Under the pieces are notes generated by a model. The model was given only the letters and a program-made list of their open reading frames with translations, was not told where the DNA came from and made no database searches. Positions 7,291 through 15,474 of a stretch of DNA of 64,000 nucleotides are shown in pieces. The stretch is from Bryobacteraceae bacterium. GTDB taxonomy: Bacteria; Acidobacteriota; Terriglobia; Bryobacterales; Bryobacteraceae. The DNA lies in assembly GCA_044358225.1 (NCBI GenBank), contig JBIKOG010000008.1, forward strand, positions 15,595 to 79,594, written 5' to 3'. Made by a program: the position numbers and the translations under genes. How positions within the stretch are numbered: position 1 is the stretch's first letter; each line of letters begins with the position of its first letter.

Positions 7291-9280
7291 TGGGGTTTCC
7301 TTCTGGTAGGGCAAGCTGAATGCCAAACGCGGGTAGGAACACTTCGAGGGTTCGGCCACGCTGGCGGAGATTGGGGAAAATGAGGCGCACGCGTTGGGGG
7401 GAGGCGGAGCGCGAGACGAGCAGGACACGCCAGCCATCTTCGGTGGCGAAGGCGGCGGCGCGGACGTCGGGGCTGGTGGCTTCGACGGCGTGATAGTTGC
7501 CGCCGATGGCTTGATTGAACAGGGCCAGGGCACCGCCTTCGGGGCGGAGGCGGTTGGGGGCGGCGAGGTCCCGGGTGATGCCGAAGAGATTGATAAGACG
7601 GCCGTTGCCTTCGCCATGTGTGTCGAAACCGGCGAGCGTGTAGATGCAGATTCGCTCGACGCCGGCCTGCAGCGCGCCGATGGTATTCCAGGCCAAGGCG
7701 GCGGCGGTGGCGGGGGCGGCGAGGATCTGATTGACGGTTTCGGCGGGGGCGGAACCGTTGAGCGAATGGGCGTTCATTTCGTAGATGGCGGTTTCGTGGC
7801 GGTTGGAAAGAGTGCGGAGGCGACGGCTGTGATCTTCGGGGAAGAAGGCGCGGGGGGCTTCGGGATCGTAGGCCCAGTAGGGGGCGAAGGCGAGGATGGT
7901 GGACGGTGGTGTTCGCTCCCACAGTGTTTCGTGTTGTGACAGGTTGGAGAACGACCCGCTTAGAACAGGACGGATGCGCGGGTCGTGGCCGGCGCCTTCG
8001 AGGAGGCGGGTGAAGGCGAGGCCGGCGGCTTCAGTGAGCGTGGCGGCGGAGAGGATGCCGGCGGGGCGGAAGAGTTCGTTCCAGTTTTCGTTGCCGAATT
8101 CGACGACGACTTCGCGGAAGCCGTATTCATCGGCCTTGGCGCGCAGGAGGGCGCCGGCTTCGGCCCACTCGGCAGGGGTGAAGGTGGTGGGCAGGACGAC
8201 CCAGGGATTGGCGCCGATTTCGTGGGAGAGGGCGAGGAAATCGGGGAGGGAGTAGGCAAAATCGGTGGCTTCCGTGCCGCCGGGACGGTAGCGGGTGGCG
8301 CGGCGGGCGTGGGTGGGGGCGAGGCGGTTCAAGAGGGTATCGCCGAGCTGGCCCTGCCAGTCGCGGAGGTATCCGGGGCGGAGGGTGTGGAGGGTTTGAA
8401 CGACTTCGTCGCGGAAGGCGGTGGGGTTGGCGGTGCGGGGGCGGAACGATGTGTCATCGAGCCAGATGTCGGCGCCTTCACTTTCGTTGGTGAAGCGAAC
8501 GGCGAGGGTGGCGGGCGCGCCGGTGTCGGCCGGGTGGATGGTCCAGCGGTACTCGCGCCATTCGGTAGCGAGAGGGACGAGCACGTTGAGGAAGGCGGGG
8601 GCGCCGCTACGGTCGATTTGCACGTGGAGTTTGGCGGAGGGGGTGGCGGCGCGGGCCCAGAGGGAGAGCGTCCATTCGCCGTTGAGGGGGAGGAGTTTAC
8701 CGGCGCGGTCGTTGATGGCGTCGAGATAGGACGCGGCGGCCGCGGTGGGAGGGAGGCGGAGGGAGCGGCGGCCGGGGCTGGCGGGGCGAGGCCCGTCGAC
8801 GGTGTGGCCGGGGCCTTCGAGCCACCACTGGGTGGGCAGTTGGCTGTCGTCGGTTTTGGTGAGGGCGACGACGTCGCCCGGGGCGAGGGCGGGGAGCGGG
8901 TTGTCGATTTGGAAGGCGGTGCGGTTGGACTGGAGGACCGTGCCGTGCTTGCCGGCTTCACGGCCGGTGAGGACGTGGAAGGCGGCCTGGTTCCAGAAGC
9001 CGGGGGCGCGGGCGAGCCAATCGGTATCGTCGGAGAAGCTATCGCCTTGCGGGTCGCGGACGGTGACGAGGGCGCGGTCGATGATGCCTTCGAAACCGGG
9101 GTTCATGAAGACGTTGGCGGAGAGCTGTTCAGCGCCCCAGGAGGTCCAGACGCCGAGGTTGAGGCCGATGCGGGGGACATCGCGGAGGGAGGCGGAGCGG
9201 GAGACGACGGCGTCGACGATGTCATCGGCGAGCGGGGCCTGGGCGCTGCAGAGGCAGGCGGTGAGGAGGAGCAACCTCAT
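7280..9280 (-). CDS. Secreted glycoside-hydrolase-like protein (clan GH-A-like TIM barrel with N-terminal beta-sandwich)
   Basis: ATG 9280 lies in an ATGA overlap with the upstream GT stop. Signal peptide 'MRLLLLTACLCSAQAPLA'. 'VVEFGNENWN' and 'AIYEMNAHS' resemble acid/base and nucleophile Glu motifs. The family cannot be assigned without a search. Confidence 0.6.
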   Translation of the reverse strand: MRLLLLTACLCSAQAPLADDIVDAVVSRSASLRDVPRIGLNLGVWTSWGAEQLSANVFMNPGFEGIIDRALVTVRDPQGDSFSDDTDWLARAPGFWNQAAFHVLTGREAGKHGTVLQSNRTAFQIDNPLPALAPGDVVALTKTDDSQLPTQWWLEGPGHTVDGPRPASPGRRSLRLPPTAAAASYLDAINDRAGKLLPLNGEWTLSLWARAATPSAKLHVQIDRSGAPAFLNVLVPLATEWREYRWTIHPADTGAPATLAVRFTNESEGADIWLDDTSFRPRTANPTAFRDEVVQTLHTLRPGYLRDWQGQLGDTLLNRLAPTHARRATRYRPGGTEATDFAYSLPDFLALSHEIGANPWVVLPTTFTPAEWAEAGALLRAKADEYGFREVVVEFGNENWNELFRPAGILSAATLTEAAGLAFTRLLEGAGHDPRIRPVLSGSFSNLSQHETLWERTPPSTILAFAPYWAYDPEAPRAFFPEDHSRRLRTLSNRHETAIYEMNAHSLNGSAPAETVNQILAAPATAAALAWNTIGALQAGVERICIYTLAGFDTHGEGNGRLINLFGITRDLAAPNRLRPEGGALALFNQAIGGNYHAVEATSPDVRAAAFATEDGWRVLLVSRSASPQRVRLIFPNLRQRGRTLEVFLPAFGIQLALPEGNPNDR

Positions 9281-10521
9281 GCGGCGCGCCGCGCTTCCAC
9301 GGTGGCGGTGTTGCCCAGGCGACGGCGGAAGATGTTGTGCAAGCGGGCGACGTTGCGGACGAGGTCGTAACTGGCGGTGACTTTGCGGCGGCCGGCTTTG
9401 CCGAGGGATTGGCGGAGGGCGGGATTGGCGATGAGGGTTTCGATGGCGGCGGCGAGTTGGGGAGCGTCCGACGGGGAGACGAGGAGGCCGGATTCGCCGG
9501 AGGTGATGAGTTCGGGGATGCCGTTGACGACGGTGGTGACGCAGGGGACTTCCATGGCCATGGCTTCCATGAGGACGACGGGGATGCCTTCGGCGAAGCT
9601 GGGGAGGACGAAGGCGTCGGTGGCGGCGTAGAGGTCGCGGACGGATTCGGGGTTGACAGCGCCGAGGAAGGCGACGTGTTCGGTGACGCCGTATTCGCGG
9701 GCCATGGTTTCCAGACGCTCGCGATCCGGGCCGTCGCCGGCGAAGGTGGCCAGGACGGGGCGGCCCTGGCGAACGAGGAGGCGAACCGCGTCGAGCAGGA
9801 CGGCCTGGCCTTTGGCGGCGACGAGGCGGCCGAGGCAAAGGATGCGGAAGTGCTCGTCTTTGTAGACGGGGCGGGGGCGGAAGAGTTGGGGATCGACGCC
9901 GAGCGGGGAGACCTCCATTTTGGACCAATGTTCGGGCGCGCTGAGCTTCATCAGTTGGCTTCGGCAGAAGCTGCCGATGGTGCAGATGAACGAGGCGGCG
10001 GCGATTTTTTCGGGGAGGTGGTGGGCGGTGACGTCGTAGAATTCGTCGGGGCCGTGGACGGTCATGGAGAAGGGGATGCCGAAGACTTCCTTGACGAAGA
10101 GAGCGACGGTCGCGGCGGGGGTGGCGAAGTGGACGTGGAGGTGGGGGAGTTGTTCGCGGCGGAGGAAGTCTCCGGTGAGGACGGCTTCGGCCAAGTAAAA
10201 GAGGCGTTTGGCGATGGCTTTGGGGTCCGTGCCGCCGAGCCGGAAGGCGAGTTGGAGACCGGCGAGGAGACCGGCGGGATGGGCGGTGAGCGTGCGCCAC
10301 ATGGCGCCGGCCATCTGCGCGGAGGCCATGCTTTTGAGGCAGACGGTAGTGGCGGCTTCGATGCGTTCTTCTTCGCTGAGCTGGGAGACGGGGCGGTCCG
10401 GAGGGTTGACGGAGACGGGGTAGATTTCGACGCCGAGGCGGCGGAGTTCGCGGATTTCGCGGAGGATGAAGGTGTGAGAGAGGGCGGGGTAGCGGCTGAT
10501 GAGATAGGCGACGCGGAGCAT
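9277..10521 (-). CDS. Glycosyltransferase family 4 (WcaL-like)
   Basis: 'MLRVAYLISRYPALSHTFILREI' N-terminus and 'PSFAEGIPVVLMEAMAMEVPCVTT..GIPELI' GT4 signature. Confidence 0.85.
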   Translation of the reverse strand: MLRVAYLISRYPALSHTFILREIRELRRLGVEIYPVSVNPPDRPVSQLSEEERIEAATTVCLKSMASAQMAGAMWRTLTAHPAGLLAGLQLAFRLGGTDPKAIAKRLFYLAEAVLTGDFLRREQLPHLHVHFATPAATVALFVKEVFGIPFSMTVHGPDEFYDVTAHHLPEKIAAASFICTIGSFCRSQLMKLSAPEHWSKMEVSPLGVDPQLFRPRPVYKDEHFRILCLGRLVAAKGQAVLLDAVRLLVRQGRPVLATFAGDGPDRERLETMAREYGVTEHVAFLGAVNPESVRDLYAATDAFVLPSFAEGIPVVLMEAMAMEVPCVTTVVNGIPELITSGESGLLVSPSDAPQLAAAIETLIANPALRQSLGKAGRRKVTASYDLVRNVARLHNIFRRRLGNTATVEARRAA

Positions 10522-10615
10522 GTCTTGGGTAATGCAACCGGGGGGCCATCGTAAGTCGTTGAAAGCAGGAAAGACGGGTGTTTCGCGTTGCGCGGGGTGT
10601 TTCGTTTCGTGCCGT

Positions 10616-11995
10616 TCAGGCGAAGACAGTGGCGAAGCGGCGGGCGCGGGTGGCGGGGATGGGCTGGGGGGCGGAGAGGAGGAGAGTGCGGTCGCCGCCG
10701 GATTGGAGATAGCTTTCGGCGAAGCCGGTGAGGGTGAAGAAAATGGGGATGACGTTGTCGCCCATATAGACGGTGAGGATGGCGAAGGCGAAGCCGGCGT
10801 AGATGCCGGCGAGGCGGAAGCTGAGGGAGCTGCCGGTTGGTTTGAGCTGGCCGGTTTGGATGCCGTTGCGGAGCAGCTTCGTGATGAGCGTGATGATCAG
10901 CAGCGCCAGCAGGGCGGTGGCGGTGACGCCGTGCATTAGTGAGAGAAGCAGGTAGTAGTTATCGATGGACGGCATGCCGGACACTTTGGGCCAGCCATTG
11001 CGGCCCCAGCCGAGGAGGCTGTGTTCCTTGGCGATATCGACGTATTTGTCGATCAGCTCCTTGCGGTAGGCGGCCGATTCCTGGGAGGCGGTGGTGGCGG
11101 CTTCGCGGCCGACGGAGGCGTATTGATATCCGACGATGGCGGCGGGGATGCCGATGGCGAGGATGGCGAGCAGGACCCAGCGGGCACGCTGGCGCGGGTT
11201 GGGGCCGGAGCCGATGGCGCAGACGGCGGCGGCGAGGACCGCGCCGATTTGCGGGCCGCGGACCATGGTCATGGCGATGCCGAGGAAGAGGGTGATGGTG
11301 AGGGCGCGGGACTTGGTGAAGCCGGGCAGTTTGAGCTTGGCGAAGTTCTGTTCCCAGTAGCCGCTTTTTTCGAGCCAGCGTTGCAGGTGGAGCCCGACGA
11401 GGAAGACGACCCCGGCGAGAATGGCGTGGCCGAAGGGCCCGGCGGTGCGGGCGAGGCCGTAGCGGAACGTCGTCACCCAGCCATCGCCCTGGCCGGGGAA
11501 GAAGCGATCGAAGATGAGGCGGAAGGGGTTATAGCCGAAGCGGAATTCGTAGGTGAAGAAGACGGTGAGAATGGCCAGGTACCAGACGATTCGTTTGGCG
11601 AAGCGGACGCGGTCGTCCGTGGTGGTGGTGAAGCCTTTGGCGAGCATGTAGGGCAGGACGCCGGCGGCGATCATGTCGAACAGGAGGTTTTGGGCTTCTT
11701 TGTAGCCGGCGTTGGCGTATTCGGAATAGCCGATTTGCGCGGCGAAGGCGAAGACGAGGATATCGATGAACGAGAACTTCCAGCGGCGGAGGAGGGGGCC
11801 GATGGCGACGGCGGCGATGGGGAGGATAGCGGCTTCGTAGAACGTGGGGTCCGGGGTGCCGGGGGTGATGAAGCGGCACCAGCCGGGGAGGAGGAAGAGG
11901 GAGAAGAGGTAGACGTCGAGGTAGGCCGCACGTGTGGAACGTCTCGCGATCCAGACGATGGCGAAGAGGCCGGGCAGGATGGCGAGAATGCTCAC
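10616..11995 (-). CDS. O-antigen ligase/polymerase-like membrane protein (Wzy-type)
   Basis: 459 aa, multi-TM throughout with one larger loop. GTG start 3 nt after the upstream stop. Sits in a Wza/PCP operon. Confidence 0.7.
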   Translation of the reverse strand: MSILAILPGLFAIVWIARRSTRAAYLDVYLFSLFLLPGWCRFITPGTPDPTFYEAAILPIAAVAIGPLLRRWKFSFIDILVFAFAAQIGYSEYANAGYKEAQNLLFDMIAAGVLPYMLAKGFTTTTDDRVRFAKRIVWYLAILTVFFTYEFRFGYNPFRLIFDRFFPGQGDGWVTTFRYGLARTAGPFGHAILAGVVFLVGLHLQRWLEKSGYWEQNFAKLKLPGFTKSRALTITLFLGIAMTMVRGPQIGAVLAAAVCAIGSGPNPRQRARWVLLAILAIGIPAAIVGYQYASVGREAATTASQESAAYRKELIDKYVDIAKEHSLLGWGRNGWPKVSGMPSIDNYYLLLSLMHGVTATALLALLIITLITKLLRNGIQTGQLKPTGSSLSFRLAGIYAGFAFAILTVYMGDNVIPIFFTLTGFAESYLQSGGDRTLLLSAPQPIPATRARRFATVFA

Positions 11996-11998
11996 GGG

Positions 11999-12928
11999 TT
12001 AGAGGGCCCTGACGAGGAGGGTGATGAGGCCGGCGAGGATGGGAAGGGCAAGCCACTTCAAGGAAACGCCACCTTCGAGCAGAGCGCCAGCGATGTGGCG
12101 TTCTTCGATTTGAATTTGCGCGTCGAGGCGGACGTTGTGGAGGATGTTGCGGGAGACGACCGAGTCGGAGACTTCGAGATCTTTGCCGAGGTACGTGCCT
12201 TCGCCGACGACGCTGCGGCAGACCACGGTGCCCGGTTCAACGACGCACTGGCGGCCGATGACAGCATGGGGGCCGAGGCGGCTGTTTTCGCCGATCCAGC
12301 TTTCTTCGCCGATGTAGCAGGGGGCAGTGATGTGGACGCTGGCGGGGAGTTTTACGGCGCGGGCTACCCAGACGCCGGGGGTGCGTTCTTCGCCTTCAAA
12401 ATGGAGGCCGGGGAAGGCGCCTTCGAGCGCGATGCGGTTGGCGAGGATGACGTGTTTTGGGGTGGCGGCAGAGAGGGAGGGCGCGTCGAGAAACACCTTC
12501 TGCGCTTGCAGGCAGAGGGTGCGGCAGGCGGTGCGCCAGTCGTCTTCGGCGGCGAGAAATTCGGTGACGGCGGCGGCGGGCATGGTGGCCCAGCCGGTCC
12601 AGCGGCTGATGCGGTCTTCGTCGTGGAAGAAGAGCGTGGGCCAGGAGCTGCCGCCGAGAGCGGGCAGTTGGGGCAGGCAGGAGGCTTCGCCCAGGAGGAC
12701 GGTTTCATTGGCGTCGGTGGCGTCGGCGCAATGGACGATTTCGATGCCCCAGCGGGTGCCGTCGCCCAGGTGCGCGGCGACGGGGCCGAGCGGCGTGGGC
12801 AGGCAGAATTCGACGCGGGTGACGCCGCCCTTGATGAGTTGTTCGACGACGTGTTGGATATAGGGGCGATCCACCACTTGCGCCATCAGATTCGCTTCCG
12901 GGCGCCGCGTCCAGAGAATTGCTTTCAT
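11999..12928 (-). CDS. Nucleotidyltransferase-like + left-handed beta-helix protein, signature motif degenerate, C-terminal TM
   Basis: Start ATG 12928 (TAATG overlap). 'MKAILWTRRPEANLMAQVVDRPYIQHVVEQL' replaces the canonical G-G-x-G-T-R-L. LbH repeats 'IGEESWIGENSRLGPHAVIGRQCVVEPGTVV'. Tail 'WLALPILAGLITLLVRAL'. Confidence 0.6.
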   Translation of the reverse strand: MKAILWTRRPEANLMAQVVDRPYIQHVVEQLIKGGVTRVEFCLPTPLGPVAAHLGDGTRWGIEIVHCADATDANETVLLGEASCLPQLPALGGSSWPTLFFHDEDRISRWTGWATMPAAAVTEFLAAEDDWRTACRTLCLQAQKVFLDAPSLSAATPKHVILANRIALEGAFPGLHFEGEERTPGVWVARAVKLPASVHITAPCYIGEESWIGENSRLGPHAVIGRQCVVEPGTVVCRSVVGEGTYLGKDLEVSDSVVSRNILHNVRLDAQIQIEERHIAGALLEGGVSLKWLALPILAGLITLLVRAL

Positions 12929-14202
12929 TACGAGTTCACCTGTTCCTGAATTTGTCCGATTCCGAGTTGCCGTTTGGCGCGTTCCGCCACTACTTTGGAG
13001 AGGAAGACCACATTGCCCACCAGGTAGCGCCGCCACATGCGGCCGGGTTCCTGATACAGGCGGAAGGTCCATTCCAGGCCGAGTTCGCGCAGCCACTGCG
13101 GGGCGCGCGGGATGCGGCCGGCGTAGAAATCAAAGAGCCCGCCGACGCCGAGGGCAGCGTGGACGCGAAGGCGGCCGGCGTTGCGTTCGATCCACTTTTC
13201 CTGGCGCGGCGCGCCGAAGGCGACGAGGAGAATGGCGGCGCCGGATTGGTTGATGCGTTCGATGAGCGCGCCTTCCTCGTTGGGGGTGAAGTAGCCGTGG
13301 GCGGTGCCGGCGATGCGGGCGCCGGGGTAGTTGGCCTGGGCCCAGACGGCGACGTCGGCGGCCACGCCGGGGCGGCCGCCGAGGAGGAAGATGCTTTGGC
13401 CGGTGGCGGCGAGACGCGCCAGCAGGAGGGGGAAGAGATCGGTACCGTTGACGTTCTGGCGAATTTCGCTGCGCAGGATGCGGCCGGCGATGCGGAGGCC
13501 GATGCCGTCGGCGAGGCGGAGATGGCTGTTGACGAGGGCGTTGCGGTAGGCGGGGTCGCGATGGGAGAGATTGACGCAATCGACGTTGATGAAGGAGACC
13601 TGGCGGAGGCGGGCGGCGGGGGTGAGGATGGCGTCGATGGCTTGATCCATGGAGAGATTGTCGAGCGGGAGGCCGAGGATGTCGGCGCGGTCGGTCAGTT
13701 CGCCGCGGGTTTCGCCGCCGTAGAGAGAGGCGAGCACGGAGCGGAGGAGGATGCCGCTGTTGGCGCGGAGAGAGCGGGTGCGGACGTATTCGGCGTCGAT
13801 GTCGTTTTGGGTGCCGTAGGCGACGTTGGTACGTTGGCGGAGTTCCCAGGTGGAGAAAAGGCCGGGCGGGACGGAGGCGACGACGCGGCACTTTTCCGTG
13901 CGGAGTTCGCTGGGGCCCACTTCGCGGGCGGCGGGGCCGACCCAGGTCAAGTCCCCTTTGGCGAGATTGACCAACCGGGGCAGGGCGTGGAAGACGGCCA
14001 CGGGGGCGCCGGCGCGATTGACGAGCGTCTGTTCCATGACCAGTGCGCCGTGGCGACCCAGGCGCGGCGTGCGGCGGACGCGCGCGCCGCGGAGCCAAAG
14101 GAGGGTGGCGACGGGTGCCGTCAACACTAGCAGCAGCGCGGCCAGGGTGCGGCCGATCGCCGCTGGCAGGGCGGCCTGCAGGGCAATCCGAAACTGGTGC
14201 AT
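12928..14202 (-). CDS. Fusion: degenerate phosphoglycosyl-transferase-like domain + WecG/TagA/CpsF (GT26) glycosyltransferase
   Basis: Start ATG 14202 (MHQFRIALQ). The N-terminal part aligns to the bacterial sugar transferase fold ('LPRLVNLAKGDLTWVGP') but lacks the D-E dyad and KFRTM. The C-terminal part, 'LGLPLDNLSMDQAIDAIL..INVDCVNL..IFLLGGRPGVA..LLVAFGAPRQEKW', is GT26-like. Confidence 0.75.
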   Translation of the reverse strand: MHQFRIALQAALPAAIGRTLAALLLVLTAPVATLLWLRGARVRRTPRLGRHGALVMEQTLVNRAGAPVAVFHALPRLVNLAKGDLTWVGPAAREVGPSELRTEKCRVVASVPPGLFSTWELRQRTNVAYGTQNDIDAEYVRTRSLRANSGILLRSVLASLYGGETRGELTDRADILGLPLDNLSMDQAIDAILTPAARLRQVSFINVDCVNLSHRDPAYRNALVNSHLRLADGIGLRIAGRILRSEIRQNVNGTDLFPLLLARLAATGQSIFLLGGRPGVAADVAVWAQANYPGARIAGTAHGYFTPNEEGALIERINQSGAAILLVAFGAPRQEKWIERNAGRLRVHAALGVGGLFDFYAGRIPRAPQWLRELGLEWTFRLYQEPGRMWRRYLVGNVVFLSKVVAERAKRQLGIGQIQEQVNS

Positions 14203-14216
14203 GGAGAGTCGCACGG

Positions 14217-14864
14217 TTAGTAGGCCCCTTTGCCGCTGACGACGGCGGGAATGGTGCGGGCGAGGAGTTCGATGTCGTAACGGAGGCTTTGCTGGCGGAT
14301 GTAGGCGATGTCCATTTCGCATTGAATGGGGAAGGCCAGATTGGAACGGCCGCTGACCTGCCAGACGCAGGTGAGGCCGGGCGTGGCATTCAGGCGGCGG
14401 CGGGCGGAGAGATCGTAGCGGGCCACTTCCGTCGGCAGGGCCGGGCGGGGGCCGACGAGCGACATGTCGCCACGGAAGACGCACCAGAGTTGGGGCAGTT
14501 CGTCCATGCTGAAGCGGCGGAGGACCTTGCCGATGCGGGTGATGCGCGGGTCGTCCTGCATCTTGAAGGTGATGGTGGCGCCGTGTTGGTTCCGGGCGCG
14601 GATGGCTTCCAGGCGGGCTTCGGCATCGACCACCATGGAGCGGAACTTGGGGAAGGCGAAGTGCCGGCCGTGCTTGCCGACGCGCGTTTGCCAGAAGAGA
14701 ATCGGGCCGCCGTCTTCCAGTTTGATGAGCGCGGCGATGAAGCCGAACAGGGGCAGGAGGCCGAGGAGGGCGAGGCCGGAGAGAAGGGCTTCCAGCGTGC
14801 GCTTGGCTTGTTTGGGGAGCGCGGCCTGGAGACGCCAGCTGGTTTTGATGAGCTTTGTTCGCAC
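14217..14864 (-). CDS. Undecaprenyl-phosphate sugar phosphotransferase (small monotopic PGT, initiating enzyme)
   Basis: 'FPKFRSMVVDAE', 'DDPRITRIGKVLRRFSMDELPQLWCVFRGDMSLVGPRP', 'TPGLTCVWQVSGR'. Confidence 0.85.
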   Translation of the reverse strand: MRTKLIKTSWRLQAALPKQAKRTLEALLSGLALLGLLPLFGFIAALIKLEDGGPILFWQTRVGKHGRHFAFPKFRSMVVDAEARLEAIRARNQHGATITFKMQDDPRITRIGKVLRRFSMDELPQLWCVFRGDMSLVGPRPALPTEVARYDLSARRRLNATPGLTCVWQVSGRSNLAFPIQCEMDIAYIRQQSLRYDIELLARTIPAVVSGKGAY

Positions 14865-14876
14865 GGTGTCCCTGGG

Positions 14877-15191
14877 TTACGCGGCGAGCGGCAGGGCGAT
14901 CGGGGAGGCGGGGTTGATCGGCAACTGGCGGTGGACGCGGAGCAGTTCGAAGTAAGCGGCGACGGTGTTGCGAACGCCGATGAGTTGAAGGCTGCCTCCG
15001 CGCGGCTGGAGACGAGCGTTGGCGTCGACGATGACTTTCGCCGCGGCCGCGGTGACGGCTTCGACGGCGGAGAGATCCAGGCTGAGGTTGCGGCCGGGCT
15101 GGGCGAGGAAGCGGAGATCCTCTTTCAAAGTGGTAAGAGCATTGCCTTCGAGACGGGACGCGCGAACGGCGAGGACGATATCGGAGTTCAT
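14877..15191 (-). CDS. STAS-domain protein (anti-sigma-factor-antagonist-like)
   Basis: 104 aa from ATG 15191. 'LSLDLSAVEAVTAAAAKVIVDA..GGSLQLIGVRNTVAAYFELLRV' matches the STAS/SpoIIAA layout. First gene of the minus-strand operon. Confidence 0.65.
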   Translation of the reverse strand: MNSDIVLAVRASRLEGNALTTLKEDLRFLAQPGRNLSLDLSAVEAVTAAAAKVIVDANARLQPRGGSLQLIGVRNTVAAYFELLRVHRQLPINPASPIALPLAA

Positions 15192-15203
15192 GGCTGTTTG
15201 TAA

Positions 15204-15218
15204 GGCATGCGGAGTGCC
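15204..15218. promoter_or_regulatory. Quasi-palindrome GGCATGCGGAGTGCC; on the minus strand it reads TGGCAC-N5-ATGC (sigma-54 -24/-12-like)
   Basis: Seen directly. GG-N10-GC spacing. The -12 GC lies 13 nt upstream of the STAS ATG. Confidence 0.4.
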
Positions 15219-15388
15219 AAACGTCAATGTGTTGAAAAGACGGTGGGTTGTGGCGAGCCGCGATCGCACGCAACAGAACAGTCCCGCCGCGACCGTCACG
15301 AAGCGAAACACTTTCGGGGAAACACCTTGTTTGGCGCTGCCGGCAGTAAGCAGCGCGATTTCATCAGCTTGCGTTCGTTTGGCCGTTT

Positions 15389-15403
15389 GGCATGCGGCGT
15401 GCC
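15389..15403. promoter_or_regulatory. Second copy of the same motif, GGCATGCGGCGTGCC (14/15 identical)
   Basis: Seen directly, 185 bp from the first copy in the same divergent intergenic region. Readable as sigma-54-like on either strand. Confidence 0.35.
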
Positions 15404-15474
15404 TTCTTCATTGGCGAAATACACGGCGGCGAAACGCACCGCTTAATCCAACCAAATCGGAGCTTGAAACACAC

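Noticed and set aside
7280-10549. P/R/A/S-rich N-terminal extensions or whole ORFs, including the first 423 codons of 7280-10549, the first 357 codons of 12928-15273, 4546-5691 upstream of 5121, 28137-29117, 28420-29712 upstream of 29343, 38831-39913, 39292-40602, 59081-60877 and 6011-6799.
   Set aside because: They are low-complexity off-frame translations overlapping real genes. In each case an internal start gives a protein with a proper N-terminus, often in an ATGA, GTGA or TAATG overlap with the upstream stop.
14877-15311. The longer 144-aa version of the STAS ORF, starting at GTG 15311.
   Set aside because: The extra 40 residues are non-STAS and hydrophobic or odd, and would bury the 15204-15218 motif in coding sequence. 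The 104-aa version fits the domain size.
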